This document shows, one piece after another, positions 9,754 to 19,466 of a stretch of 64,000 bases of DNA; within the stretch, counting starts at the first letter, position 1, and each line of letters starts with the position of its first letter. Origin of the DNA: a virus (Duplodnaviria > Caudoviricetes); IMG/VR virus record IMGVR_UViG_3300013121_000004, positions 1 to 64,000 of that record, one strand, 5' to 3'. The position numbers and the translations under genes were made by a program. Below the pieces are notes generated by a model. That model saw only the letters and a program-made list of their open reading frames with translations. It was not told the origin of the DNA and searched no databases.

Positions 9754-12700
9754 CTACATACATTTACTTTCGCCACAAACGTGGCACTTCATGCATCCTT
9801 CTTCGTAGGCTGTGATAGATCCACACGTCCCACATAGATCACCACTCGTCGTGGCAACTGTAACGGTTGTGTTTTCATCTACTGTCATACCTAGGGACAT
9901 CAGCCACTTACCTAGATAGTCAAGAATTGACGTAGCCATAGGGATTCCCCTATTAGATGTGAACCCAGCCGGTTCAAATCTAGTTGAAATCATCTTTGAT
10001 GTAAGTTCCTCGATAGATGCCCCATGCTGTAGAGCCATCGAGAAGTTTACCGCACCCCACTCGAATACACCAGATAGAGTGGAACCTGCTTTGGAGATAG
10101 TAATAAACATCTCTCCAATCTTCTTTGTGTCAGGGTAGAAACCTACAGTCACATACCCTTCTTGACCGCCTACTACAAATTTATGTGTTAATGCCTCCCG
10201 TAGGTCTGGGAGCTTCTTGCGCCCTACTGCGACGTGTGCTTCGACAATAGGCTCTTCCTTTGCTTCTCGATACAGCACTTGCTCTGTCCGACTCCCGTCA
10301 ACATAAACAGTAACAGATTTTAAGCCTTGATCAAAGGCTCGCATATACAGTTCCTTTACCTCTTCTAGGGTAGTGTTTGCAGGAGCATTTACTGTCTTGG
10401 AAATAGAGGCATCAACATATTTCTGAGCGGCTGCTTGAATACCGATATGCTCGATAGGGTGGATATCGTTAGCAGTAATCAAGTAATCTGGGCTACTAAC
10501 GCTGTTATACATACTGTACCACTCAGGGTCAGCAGCATACACCATATACTCCCCGATCCTGTCGTTACGTCGGTAACCGAATGCAAAATACGGCTCAATA
10601 CCAGAGTTAGCTCCAGCTAGCAGTGATGTGGAACCGGTTGGCGCTTGTGTAAGAAGATAACAGTTTCGAATACCGTGCTCCATAATCGCACGTTGAATGT
10701 GTAGAGGAAGTGTCTTAACGAATGCAGAATTTAGGTACTCTTCCGTATAAGCAGGGAATGCACCACGCTCTTTTGCTAGCTCTACACTAGCAAGGTAGGC
10801 GGCGTCTCTGATTGTACGATATATTTCTTCTACAATCATGATTGAATCATCTGATCCGTACCTGATACCTAGCATAATAAGTGCATCTGCTAAGCCTAAA
10901 ATGCCGATCCCCATTCGTCGGATACGCTTCTGGCTTTCTTCGCATTCTGGTAGTGGATACGATGAGTAGTCAATCACGTTGTCGTTGAACCGTACTGCTG
11001 TTTTGACTACTTTGGCTAACTCTTCTGTGTCAATTTCGCCCCAACCGGCGTGCTTGATAACGAACTTGCTTACGTTAACAGCACCTAAAAGACAAGCGCC
11101 GTACGGGCCTAGAGGCTGTTCACCGCACTGTCCTGTAAGGATTCCATTAAACACACCTCTTCCGCGTGACGGCTCCGTAAAGCAATACACCTTGTCTGCG
11201 ATACCGCGCTCAGTAATGGACTCCACTACAGGATATCTCTGTGCGTTGCGTTGTGGTTTAACCAGCATAAGAGGAACTCTATTGACTGGTAGACCAAGCA
11301 CCCCTAGCGTATAAGCTGCTGAAGAAGGAATCGTTAAACGATAGCAATTCTTAGTATCATAAAAACCTCCCGGCATCCTCTTAGACACCTCGGCAGGTTT
11401 CATCAAATCGATAGAACTGCTTGCTCCGAGGGCTCTAACTAGAAGCGATGTTTCCCTTAGGAACTCGCGATTAGTAGAGGAGATTTGGTAAGCAAAAGCT
11501 TTCTTGTCTTTTCCGTTGTAAGCAATATTTCCGTCAGAATCAAGTAAACCGGCAAGCCATTCAAGCTGAGTATGTGGATCAGCTTTAACAGGAACAGCAG
11601 TTTTACTTGATTCTCCTAGATATCTACCTATCAGCCTATCTTGATTTGCATCAAAACTAGATATAGATACATGACCTAGTTCATTAAGCTTATATCCGAT
11701 TGCTTGTTTCTCTTTTCCGTAAAAGAAGATCCATGACCTATCGGCACGCCCTTCTTCATGAGAAATTGATCCGTCTCCAGCGAAAAATCCTTGTGCGTAG
11801 GCTGAGCTATATGGTTGTACTTTATAGTTCCCGGAGATAGGGATATTAGTTAGTCGCTCTAACTTCATACCGGCAGAAAGCTGTCCTGCTGTGCAGTAAG
11901 AGCCGTCAGAAAGATAGAAACGATGATTTGGAGTGCAGTCAACGTAATGCCCGTTTGTGAGCGTTACACGTACGATTGGCTGATTAGAGCCAGTCTGTCG
12001 AACATGCACATTAGACCATGCTTCTCCATTCCATACCTCTACTACTTGCCCTTCTAGGCTCTCTATTTGCTCCCACCCAGAGCGAGTAAGTATTTGTGTT
12101 TCACCAACAACACATGGATTGCTAGTTTCAATTGTCTCGAAGTAACTGCTATTAGCCATCTGATTGGCGCGCTCCATAAAGAACACACCGGGCTCCCCTG
12201 ACTTCCAAGCAGCTTCGCAAATTTCGTTCCACAGATCTCTGGCTTTCAATGTCTTACCAACTACTATTTCGCCAGTCTCTCGTGATTGCCACCGTAATGT
12301 CCAGTCGAGGTCGTTCTTTACTGAGTTCATGAATTCATTACTAATACATACACTCATGTTGCATCCGCCAAACTCGCCGGGAGTTTCTTTAGCATGAATA
12401 AATTCTTGAATATCAGGGTGACTGATATCGAGCATAATCATAGCAGCGCCGCGACGAGTGCCTCCTTGCTGAATAACCTTTTCTGTAATGTGCGAGAATG
12501 GGTCAGCCCAAGATACAGGGCCAGATGAGTATCCGTTAACCTTCTTCACGATAGCTCCACGCGGACGAAGACTAGACATGTTAATACCTACCCCTCCGCC
12601 CTTGGACTGAATCTCAGTCCACTCCCAGAGGGAGTCGCGAATAATCCCATCTCGTGAATCCTTCGGAGCAGGAATTACATAGCAATTCATAGCTGTCGCG

Positions 12701-12945
12701 CCACGATTCGCTCCCGAGGAGAATAGAATTCTGCCACCGGGCACATACTTAAAGTCCCTCATCATCTCATAGAAAGCCTGCTCCCATGTAATGCGATCTA
12801 CTAGTTCAGGCTCTACGCTAGCAATTTCTTTAGCTACACGTCTCCACATCTGCTCCGGTTCAGTCTCTAGTTGCTCTCCCGTATTAGGATCTCGCAACGC
12901 AAACCTGTCATTAAACACAGTCCGCTGTACTTCAGTTAGCTTCAT
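9754..12945 (-). CDS. nrdJ: Class II (B12-dependent) ribonucleotide reductase with intein and C-terminal TSCPD/Zn-ribbon region
   Basis: PGGRIL, NCYV, GGGVG, NP[intein]CGEQPL, APTGS...SGIEP, ISKTVN, C-terminal CxxC pairs; no small-subunit gene in the window. Confidence 0.93.
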   Translation of the reverse strand: MKLTEVQRTVFNDRFALRDPNTGEQLETEPEQMWRRVAKEIASVEPELVDRITWEQAFYEMMRDFKYVPGGRILFSSGANRGATAMNCYVIPAPKDSRDGIIRDSLWEWTEIQSKGGGVGINMSSLRPRGAIVKKVNGYSSGPVSWADPFSHITEKVIQQGGTRRGAAMIMLDISHPDIQEFIHAKETPGEFGGCNMSVCISNEFMNSVKNDLDWTLRWQSRETGEIVVGKTLKARDLWNEICEAAWKSGEPGVFFMERANQMANSSYFETIETSNPCVVGETQILTRSGWEQIESLEGQVVEVWNGEAWSNVHVRQTGSNQPIVRVTLTNGHYVDCTPNHRFYLSDGSYCTAGQLSAGMKLERLTNIPISGNYKVQPYSSAYAQGFFAGDGSISHEEGRADRSWIFFYGKEKQAIGYKLNELGHVSISSFDANQDRLIGRYLGESSKTAVPVKADPHTQLEWLAGLLDSDGNIAYNGKDKKAFAYQISSTNREFLRETSLLVRALGASSSIDLMKPAEVSKRMPGGFYDTKNCYRLTIPSSAAYTLGVLGLPVNRVPLMLVKPQRNAQRYPVVESITERGIADKVYCFTEPSRGRGVFNGILTGQCGEQPLGPYGACLLGAVNVSKFVIKHAGWGEIDTEELAKVVKTAVRFNDNVIDYSSYPLPECEESQKRIRRMGIGILGLADALIMLGIRYGSDDSIMIVEEIYRTIRDAAYLASVELAKERGAFPAYTEEYLNSAFVKTLPLHIQRAIMEHGIRNCYLLTQAPTGSTSLLAGANSGIEPYFAFGYRRNDRIGEYMVYAADPEWYSMYNSVSSPDYLITANDIHPIEHIGIQAAAQKYVDASISKTVNAPANTTLEEVKELYMRAFDQGLKSVTVYVDGSRTEQVLYREAKEEPIVEAHVAVGRKKLPDLREALTHKFVVGGQEGYVTVGFYPDTKKIGEMFITISKAGSTLSGVFEWGAVNFSMALQHGASIEELTSKMISTRFEPAGFTSNRGIPMATSILDYLGKWLMSLGMTVDENTTVTVATTSGDLCGTCGSITAYEEGCMKCHVCGESKCM
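11128..12114 (-). mobile_element. 329-aa intein with LAGLIDADG homing endonuclease at the NP/CGE active-site position
   Basis: Starts CVVGETQILT; block B CTPNHRF; GFFAGDG and LAGLLDSDG; ends VYCFTEP...NGILTGQ before extein Cys. Confidence 0.92.
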
Positions 12946-12954
12946 TATCGCCTC

Positions 12955-14304
12955 TCATTCTTCGTCTGTTTTCGGATGGGAGATTGAAGTATCCCCCCAG
13001 TACATTCCAATCTTTACGTCTGCTGGAAGAAGCCAGTCTTCTCCAAGAAGTAAGAATGGAATTGCTTCCATCGTCTCCTTGATAATCGCTGCTGCATCTT
13101 TTGCTGTTTCTATAGGGGCTTCGAAATAAAGTGCGTCATGCAGTGACATGATAGGTATAGCGCCAGTATGCACAAAATCGTTTAGAGGATAAGAAATCAG
13201 AGACGATGTGGACAAAGACAACAGGTCTGAGCCTGTGCTTTGAATTGGGAAGTTGACGGACACCCGAAGCAGATGCCCTTTCTTACCAAACCATTTCGGG
13301 TCATATGTAGGCTGCTGCCCGACTTTTAGCGCGCTTAAATGTCGCCTGCGCCCGAATACATTATCCTGATAACCATCACGTAATGTGCTCGCTCTAATCA
13401 TCCTCATCCATCTATTGACTTCTCGATGGACTCTGAACCACATGTCGATGTAGTCTTCTGCTTCTTCGACAGAAATACCAAGTCTAAAAGACAGGGCCAT
13501 AGCGGCCATACCGTACGCGATACCGAAGTTAATAGTCTTTGCTGTATCTCGTTGGGCTTTCGTTACTTCCTCTTCAATTACATTGAAGATTTTCATAGCG
13601 GTAGCTTTATGTAGGTCACCTCTTCGGAAACCTTCTTTCATAATTGGATCGTCTGCCAGTATAGATATAATCCGTAACTCTAGCTGCGAGTAGTCTGCTT
13701 CGATCATCGCGTACCCTTCTCTAGGGATAAACATTGATCTGATATCTTTGTTCCTAGCTATGTTCTGAGTATTTGGATTAAAAGACGAAAGTCTACCAGA
13801 ATCAGTCCCATCTACTCTGTAATTAGTACGAATCCTGCCATCATCGTCGATAAACGGTAGAAGTCCTTTGCTTTTCCCTCCCGGCATGCCAGTAAGAAAG
13901 TTCTTCTTGATCTGAATACTTCGCTTCAGTTCGATAAGCACAGGAACGCACTCATGATACGGAGCTAGGCGTTCCAGTGTACCAATAGCAGTAGACGGAG
14001 CACCTTTCTTCGTAGTCTTGATGACTGGAAGTTTCAGGTCTTCATACAGCAGTTTCTGTAGTTGCTGAGGTTTGGATACTTCTACCATCACTCCAGCTTT
14101 TTCCCAGAAGTCTTGCTGTTGTTCTTCAATCTTCTCACCATACACAGTAGATAAGAACAATAGTTTGTCCTTGTCTACTAGTACGCCGTTGTCTTCGATA
14201 ACACCGATAGCCTCTTGAAGAGGATGTGTGATATTCCTATAAACTCCCTCAATTCCGTCTGCTCTAACGAGCCACGGACAATAGTCTCTTACGTCTGTTG
14301 TCAT
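12955..14304 (-). CDS. polA: DNA polymerase family A, polymerase domain only
   Basis: GRLSSFNPN, motif A ADYSQLELR, motif B RDTAKTINFGIAYG, motif C LHDAL. Confidence 0.95.
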   Translation of the reverse strand: MTTDVRDYCPWLVRADGIEGVYRNITHPLQEAIGVIEDNGVLVDKDKLLFLSTVYGEKIEEQQQDFWEKAGVMVEVSKPQQLQKLLYEDLKLPVIKTTKKGAPSTAIGTLERLAPYHECVPVLIELKRSIQIKKNFLTGMPGGKSKGLLPFIDDDGRIRTNYRVDGTDSGRLSSFNPNTQNIARNKDIRSMFIPREGYAMIEADYSQLELRIISILADDPIMKEGFRRGDLHKATAMKIFNVIEEEVTKAQRDTAKTINFGIAYGMAAMALSFRLGISVEEAEDYIDMWFRVHREVNRWMRMIRASTLRDGYQDNVFGRRRHLSALKVGQQPTYDPKWFGKKGHLLRVSVNFPIQSTGSDLLSLSTSSLISYPLNDFVHTGAIPIMSLHDALYFEAPIETAKDAAAIIKETMEAIPFLLLGEDWLLPADVKIGMYWGDTSISHPKTDEE

Positions 14305-14306
14305 AG

Positions 14307-15485
14307 CTATAGCCGGGAGAAAGCGGCTTTTACTCCTCTTGATTCTAGTCGTATAAGTTTAACAATCTTCTTAGCTACACGTAACGCGGTATCCGCATCA
14401 GCGCCTGCGTATTGGTCACGAATGTCAGCAGGATACAACGCATAACCTGATTGCTTGATGTGTTCTTTTTCTTCAGGAGTAGCGTTATCTTTGAATGAAT
14501 CGTATCTACGCATAGTAGTGAATATTGTCCTAAGATGGTCAAGACCATGCGGTCTCTCTTCGTGAATCATCGAATACCCTAACTGGGTATCAAAGAAAAA
14601 GTTGTTTACTTCAATTCCGTGTACTTTACGAATATACCTCTTGTCGAACTTGCCGTTACCGGCTACCTTCGGTACATGATTTTCAAGAATTTCCTTGACA
14701 ATCTCAAGTACAATCTCTTTGTCTTCTCTGTTCCATATCTCAGCAGCCCATTGCCCTAAGATTGGAATTACAATAGCTTCTCCTTCTTTCACGGAGAAGC
14801 TGTAGCACAGGATATCGGCATTTGGCTTAAACGGATTCAAGCCTGTAGTTTCAGTGTCGAATGCCATCATATCGGCTTGCATGAGAGTATCATACGCTTT
14901 CTGCAAGTCATCTAAGTCTTTGACGACAAACACATCCGTACCTTCTTTCTTGAAGGTAGTTCCTGTAGCTACGTCTCTAGCCTTAGTGATGTCATTCATA
15001 ATAATTTCGTAGTTCTTATAGTCAGCGAAAATGCTTCCAGCAGCAAACGTAGGCACTACAGGGATAAAATAATCTTCTTCAACCTCTAGATTGAATACTG
15101 ACCCTCGCTGTAGTGTGACGCCAGAAATCCCTAGAACAGATTCTAGAGATGCCTTACCCATCGTGATAATCACGTTAGGCTGTACTATATCTATGTCTTC
15201 AAACAGATAGTGCTTGCAAGCTTCCCTGTGCTTCTTGAGGATGTTCTTACCAGCGCATCTGACGCTGCTAGTGATGAACACATCCTCTTCAGAAATGTCG
15301 CAGGCAGACAAGATTTTGCCTACAAGACTACCTACTCCTCCTGTTAGTAATTTGCCAGCAGATTCGTCAGACGAGCTAGGCACGTCTATGACAATCATGT
15401 ATGGCTTTCTAGCAGGAGAATGCTGGACTACTTGAGCACGTGTTTCACATCTGTCGCAGTCTTGGCAATCATTAGGCGCGGGCAT
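14307..15485 (-). CDS. N-terminal part of DNA polymerase A: degenerate family-4 UDG-like domain plus 3'-5' exonuclease
   Basis: CxxC...VRC...EAC UDG-type cysteines; ExoI FDTETTGL, ExoII NGKFD, ExoIII YAGADAD. Confidence 0.88.
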   Translation of the reverse strand: MPAPNDCQDCDRCETRAQVVQHSPARKPYMIVIDVPSSSDESAGKLLTGGVGSLVGKILSACDISEEDVFITSSVRCAGKNILKKHREACKHYLFEDIDIVQPNVIITMGKASLESVLGISGVTLQRGSVFNLEVEEDYFIPVVPTFAAGSIFADYKNYEIIMNDITKARDVATGTTFKKEGTDVFVVKDLDDLQKAYDTLMQADMMAFDTETTGLNPFKPNADILCYSFSVKEGEAIVIPILGQWAAEIWNREDKEIVLEIVKEILENHVPKVAGNGKFDKRYIRKVHGIEVNNFFFDTQLGYSMIHEERPHGLDHLRTIFTTMRRYDSFKDNATPEEKEHIKQSGYALYPADIRDQYAGADADTALRVAKKIVKLIRLESRGVKAAFSRL

Positions 15486-15927
15486 CTCGCCTCTTTGTGT
15501 ATTCGGCTACGAAATCTCCTACACTATCGCAGACAATTACATCTTCGATAAAATGGAAGATATTTTCACGCATACCAACCACATAGCAAGTTTTGCCCTT
15601 TCCCATTGCATAGCCAAATTCGACATGCCTTCCTCCTCGTAAGTGCGGAATAGTTGGGTCTTCTGAAAATAGCACAATAGCATCCGCTGCATCTACGTCT
15701 TCTAAGTCGATAGTTGCGTAGTACTTCAGTAGATCATGTTCTCGATCGATATTCCCTTCTCTGCGTACATTGTGCTCTTTCTGCTCCTTTTCCCAAGAAG
15801 ATCCTGTTTCTTCAATGTCATGCCATCTTGATGTAACTTCGATACCTGCGTGACGAATAACTGGGGCTACGCTATGTCGCATTTCTTCCTTGCGTGAATA
15901 CATTGAAGCGATATATACTTTTCCCAT
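15472..15927 (-). CDS. Nucleoside 2-deoxyribosyltransferase-like / nucleotide N-glycosidase
   Basis: KVYIAS...DLEDVDAAD...GRHVEFGYA. Confidence 0.75.
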   Translation of the reverse strand: MGKVYIASMYSRKEEMRHSVAPVIRHAGIEVTSRWHDIEETGSSWEKEQKEHNVRREGNIDREHDLLKYYATIDLEDVDAADAIVLFSEDPTIPHLRGGRHVEFGYAMGKGKTCYVVGMRENIFHFIEDVIVCDSVGDFVAEYTKRRDARA

Positions 15928-16914
15928 TTATATTGCTCTCTTTCTTGTTTTTCCTACGATTGTAGAAAGTGTGAGTGGTTTTGCATGTAATAGTTTGTCT
16001 CGAAGTACAGGTTCTGGAGTGTTGCCGGGGTCTTTACCTTCTTCGAATTCTATGTAAGTTAAGTTCGTATGTTTACTAAGTGCTGTGTAAATATCTGCCA
16101 CTGCGCTAGATTTTCTACCATGTTCGATAGTCCAAGCATCGGCGTCATATCCTAGGGTAATCTCTTTAGCCTGACATTGCAAGAGCATAGCCATTTGAGT
16201 CGTCGATAAGTGCTTTCCAGATGATGCTACAGCAATGTCAGGTAGCTTCAACATATCAAATGGCCCCTCTACAAGAAGTATTCTGTCATTTCCTATGGTC
16301 TTATCGATGTTAATCAGGAACTGGCTGTTGTTAGAGCCTTTTGGGTGCAGAATCTTTCTAAACTCTTTGTTATCTCGATTGAATATTGATCTAGCTCCCC
16401 ACCCGACTAACTCTCCTAGATACGTGTATGGTATTATCACTCGCATAGAGTAGAACCCAGTACGTACATACCCAATCCCGTACTCCAATACAGTGGATGC
16501 TGGAATGTCTCTGCTTCGCAAGTAATTCCAAAAGGCTTTTTGTTCAGACGTGGCAGGTTGTGTAAGTAGTTTGAATCCCTCAGGTAATTCAATACCAGTA
16601 ATGCCGATATCTGGCATCTCTATTAGCTTACCTACACCTCTACCGTGTATTACAGTATCTAATACTGCGCCATACTCGTAGCCTGTAAATTCGCTCATCC
16701 ATCGGATGAAGTTTTTCGTAGCATAGCCACAATTGTGACAATATGCTTTTCCAGTATTGCTGTTGAGATACATCCTCTTCCTAGTATCATCGCAAAACGG
16801 GCAGTTGAAGAATAATTCCTCTCCTGCTACACCATATTGCACACCGCGCTTACGTAAAAGTCCTGCTTTATCGAACGTTTTAATTGCGCGTTTTACCTGA
16901 TAATCAGTAGGCAT
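15928..16914 (-). CDS. DNA primase (Zn finger + TOPRIM)
   Basis: CPFC...CHNC, VEGPFD, YDAD, KDPG. Confidence 0.9.
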   Translation of the reverse strand: MPTDYQVKRAIKTFDKAGLLRKRGVQYGVAGEELFFNCPFCDDTRKRMYLNSNTGKAYCHNCGYATKNFIRWMSEFTGYEYGAVLDTVIHGRGVGKLIEMPDIGITGIELPEGFKLLTQPATSEQKAFWNYLRSRDIPASTVLEYGIGYVRTGFYSMRVIIPYTYLGELVGWGARSIFNRDNKEFRKILHPKGSNNSQFLINIDKTIGNDRILLVEGPFDMLKLPDIAVASSGKHLSTTQMAMLLQCQAKEITLGYDADAWTIEHGRKSSAVADIYTALSKHTNLTYIEFEEGKDPGNTPEPVLRDKLLHAKPLTLSTIVGKTRKRAI

Positions 16915-18233
16915 TACCCAGCCTCGATAAACTTAGAACGAGAAAAATCTAAAGCCAATCTGAGCGGCGGTGGAATTTCGTTGTTTCTGGCTTTCAATGC
17001 AGCCAAACGTGCTTCGTTATTTTGAAGTTCTGCTTCTGTCTGGGCCAATGCTATAACATAGTCTGCAATCTTTACTTTATCCCAAGAGTCAGCCACGTCA
17101 ATGATAAGTGGAGTATCTCTAGAGAAACCTTGCCTGTTCGTCTGCGATGCTGACCATACTGGTACTTTGTAGCTTTGCCCTAAACTACGGATGTCCGTGT
17201 ATACCCACGCTAGTTCGTCTTTACGTGAATCATATCTTCGGTCTGATTTCAGCAAATCACCATAATCGATGCAAATCAGGTCAGGTAATTTATCTTGCCG
17301 TGTAGCTAGTAATTCAATATGCCCCTTCAAATCGCCCACAGAGGCCGTCTGCGCCTGAAACTCCTTAACTATGAGTCCAGCGTCAGGATGGGCATATTTT
17401 ATCTTCTGTAGGTGCTCTGAAGACCTTCGCCGTGCTTCTCTGCCTCTTTCATCGAAGTCGTTGAACGGTACGTCGATAATTCCAGACAGAATTCGTTGCC
17501 CAACAATCTGTGCCGACATCTCCAAAGTGTAGTAAAACACAGAGTATCCTAGCATAAAAGCAGTTCTTGCAACAAAGCAAAGCCACTGTGATTTTCCTCT
17601 ACCGGGAGGTGCCATGAAAATTCCTAGCTCAGATCCTCGAAGACCACCAGCTAACATGGCATCTATACTAGGAAGACCTGTTGGGATACATAACGTGTTG
17701 CTGTCTGCTGGATGATACTTATCTTCAGTTAGCTGCCAGAAGGATGCTAGACCTTCTTCTTCGTCAAGCAGCATCCCTGTTTCGATTTCTTTTACTGCGG
17801 ATAGTTCCGTTGGCACATCAGCGAGAATTTGCTGCGCTGCGTCTACTTCGCCTTGTTCAATCAGTTGTGACGCTTCAAGAATTCTCGTAGAAAGGATAAT
17901 CTCTCTAGCCCAAGCGTCTGTATGGTCAATGATGAATTCTTTCAGTCCATGTGTCTCTACTGGTAGAGCGTCTTGGAACGTTTGTAATGCTAGTTCTTTC
18001 GAGAATGAACGCACATCAGGTGCGTCAGATAACCACATCTTGTACGCATCTTCTGTGATTAGTTCGTCGTACTCTTCGAAGTGCTTGATTGCTGTCTCGA
18101 TGCAGTGTGCTAGCTCTGGGCCTAGCTCTCTTGTAGCTCTCTTGATGTTACCTGAATATGTGCTCACATAGTCAGCATCATTACAAAGCAACCACACCAC
18201 ATGTCTCAGGAATGTGCTATCCGGTATCTTCAT
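16914..18233 (-). CDS. Replicative DnaB-like helicase
   Basis: IPTGL, APPGRGKS, YTLEM, IDYGDL, SQTNR. Confidence 0.92.
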   Translation of the reverse strand: MKIPDSTFLRHVVWLLCNDADYVSTYSGNIKRATRELGPELAHCIETAIKHFEEYDELITEDAYKMWLSDAPDVRSFSKELALQTFQDALPVETHGLKEFIIDHTDAWAREIILSTRILEASQLIEQGEVDAAQQILADVPTELSAVKEIETGMLLDEEEGLASFWQLTEDKYHPADSNTLCIPTGLPSIDAMLAGGLRGSELGIFMAPPGRGKSQWLCFVARTAFMLGYSVFYYTLEMSAQIVGQRILSGIIDVPFNDFDERGREARRRSSEHLQKIKYAHPDAGLIVKEFQAQTASVGDLKGHIELLATRQDKLPDLICIDYGDLLKSDRRYDSRKDELAWVYTDIRSLGQSYKVPVWSASQTNRQGFSRDTPLIIDVADSWDKVKIADYVIALAQTEAELQNNEARLAALKARNNEIPPPLRLALDFSRSKFIEAG

Positions 18234-19273
18234 TCACTGCTATCCCTCCTCTTGAATCGAGTGCGTGTGGTCATAACATGATTATTACGTCTTTCCTTCA
18301 GCCTCTGCATAGCAGACTTTACCTGCCGCGCCGGGGCTTCTTTCTTCGCTTCTTTAAGTTCTAGTGCTTCATCGTAAGCGGCGTCTGCTTGGGCGTCAGC
18401 TTCAGCAAACCTCTTCTCCCATTCTTCATCAGACCTACGACGTTCTTCTTCTCGCTCTGCGAGTCGTTGCTTTTCTTTCTCTATTACATCCAAGTCAGTA
18501 CGAGGTACAAGATAATCAATTCCTGCTCGTTCTAAGTGCCTCCTGTACCAATCATCTTTGCCTTTGTACATAGATCTAGCTTCTGCCGCGTCTCTTGAAA
18601 TAATTGCGAGGTTGGTAGCGAACGTATACGACAAGTCTCTGGCTTCTTTACCGAACCACTTAAAGTTTGGCGCGTCTGCGTATTGTCTCTGGTTGTTCAA
18701 GAAATACGTCAGGTGTGCAGCAATAGATGGGTACGAGTTGTCTACCAGCAATCGTCGGAAGTTGATAGCTACTTTGTCTTTCGGCGCAATCTTGTAACCG
18801 AACAGGTCGCAGAAGTAGTGGTGTATAGTCCATAGTTTGTCTACATCTGTGGATTCGTCTGACGTGGTGTTCAAGATAGAATGCTCTGCGTCATCCATTG
18901 CTGATTTCAGGTATAGTGTGATTTCTTCCAAAGTAACTCCTTCAGGCACAGGTGGTGCAATGATTATATAACGCTCATGGTCGATGTTCTCGGTGCATCG
19001 AATCAGACCTGTTTCTTCTAGCAAAGGGATAGACCTATAAAACCTGTCCTTCTTGATGGCAAAGCTTGTGACATAAAATGAGTTAACACTGCTCAAAGCG
19101 TCAAGCACAGCGGCTAGCTTTCTAGCTCTCTGTACTTCTAACGACACATTATTTCGTACCCAACGTAAGCTCCACGAGTCTGCTGGAGCATACGGGACTT
19201 CGCTTAGCTTTACTACAGTTACTGGTGCGACGGTCTTGAAGTAATAGTTACTGGAGGATGGTGGATCTGCCAT
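18230..19273 (-). CDS. Hypothetical protein, candidate replication initiator/helicase loader
   Basis: First gene of the replication operon, next to the repeat array and coupled to the helicase; function inferred from position only. Confidence 0.4.
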   Translation of the reverse strand: MADPPSSSNYYFKTVAPVTVVKLSEVPYAPADSWSLRWVRNNVSLEVQRARKLAAVLDALSSVNSFYVTSFAIKKDRFYRSIPLLEETGLIRCTENIDHERYIIIAPPVPEGVTLEEITLYLKSAMDDAEHSILNTTSDESTDVDKLWTIHHYFCDLFGYKIAPKDKVAINFRRLLVDNSYPSIAAHLTYFLNNQRQYADAPNFKWFGKEARDLSYTFATNLAIISRDAAEARSMYKGKDDWYRRHLERAGIDYLVPRTDLDVIEKEKQRLAEREEERRRSDEEWEKRFAEADAQADAAYDEALELKEAKKEAPARQVKSAMQRLKERRNNHVMTTRTRFKRRDSSE

Positions 19274-19309
19274 ACGGGGCTATCTCTCTTTCTAAGTGAT
19301 GTAGATCGT

Positions 19310-19338
19310 AGGGTACGATCGAATCTCCAACATGTCAA
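19310..19338 (-). promoter_or_regulatory. Promoter TTGACA-17-TACCCT for the replication operon
   Basis: Minus strand ttgaca tgttggagattcgatcg taccct. Confidence 0.75.
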
Positions 19339-19466
19339 GGGTGAGAAGGGTGCGAATGCTAAGATCTTATATTCACTAGTGATAAGTGACTATATATATA
19401 TATCTTAGCATTCTCACCCTTCCCACCCTTCGCACCCTTCCCACCCTTCGCACCCTTCCCACCGTT
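19337..19466. repeat. 9-bp iteron-like repeats (cNcaccctt) in inverted arrangement around a (TA)n core; candidate replication origin
   Basis: Six units at 19413-19466, two inverted units at 19337-19354; 29-bp inverted arms (2 mismatches) flank tatatatatatat. Confidence 0.7.

Noticed and set aside
14250-14345. T4 gene 60-style ribosomal bypass, TAG read-through or an intron joining the two polymerase ORFs
   Set aside because: No matching in-frame landing codon for the CTA before the stop; read-through hits TGA two codons later; the gap is too short for a self-splicing intron
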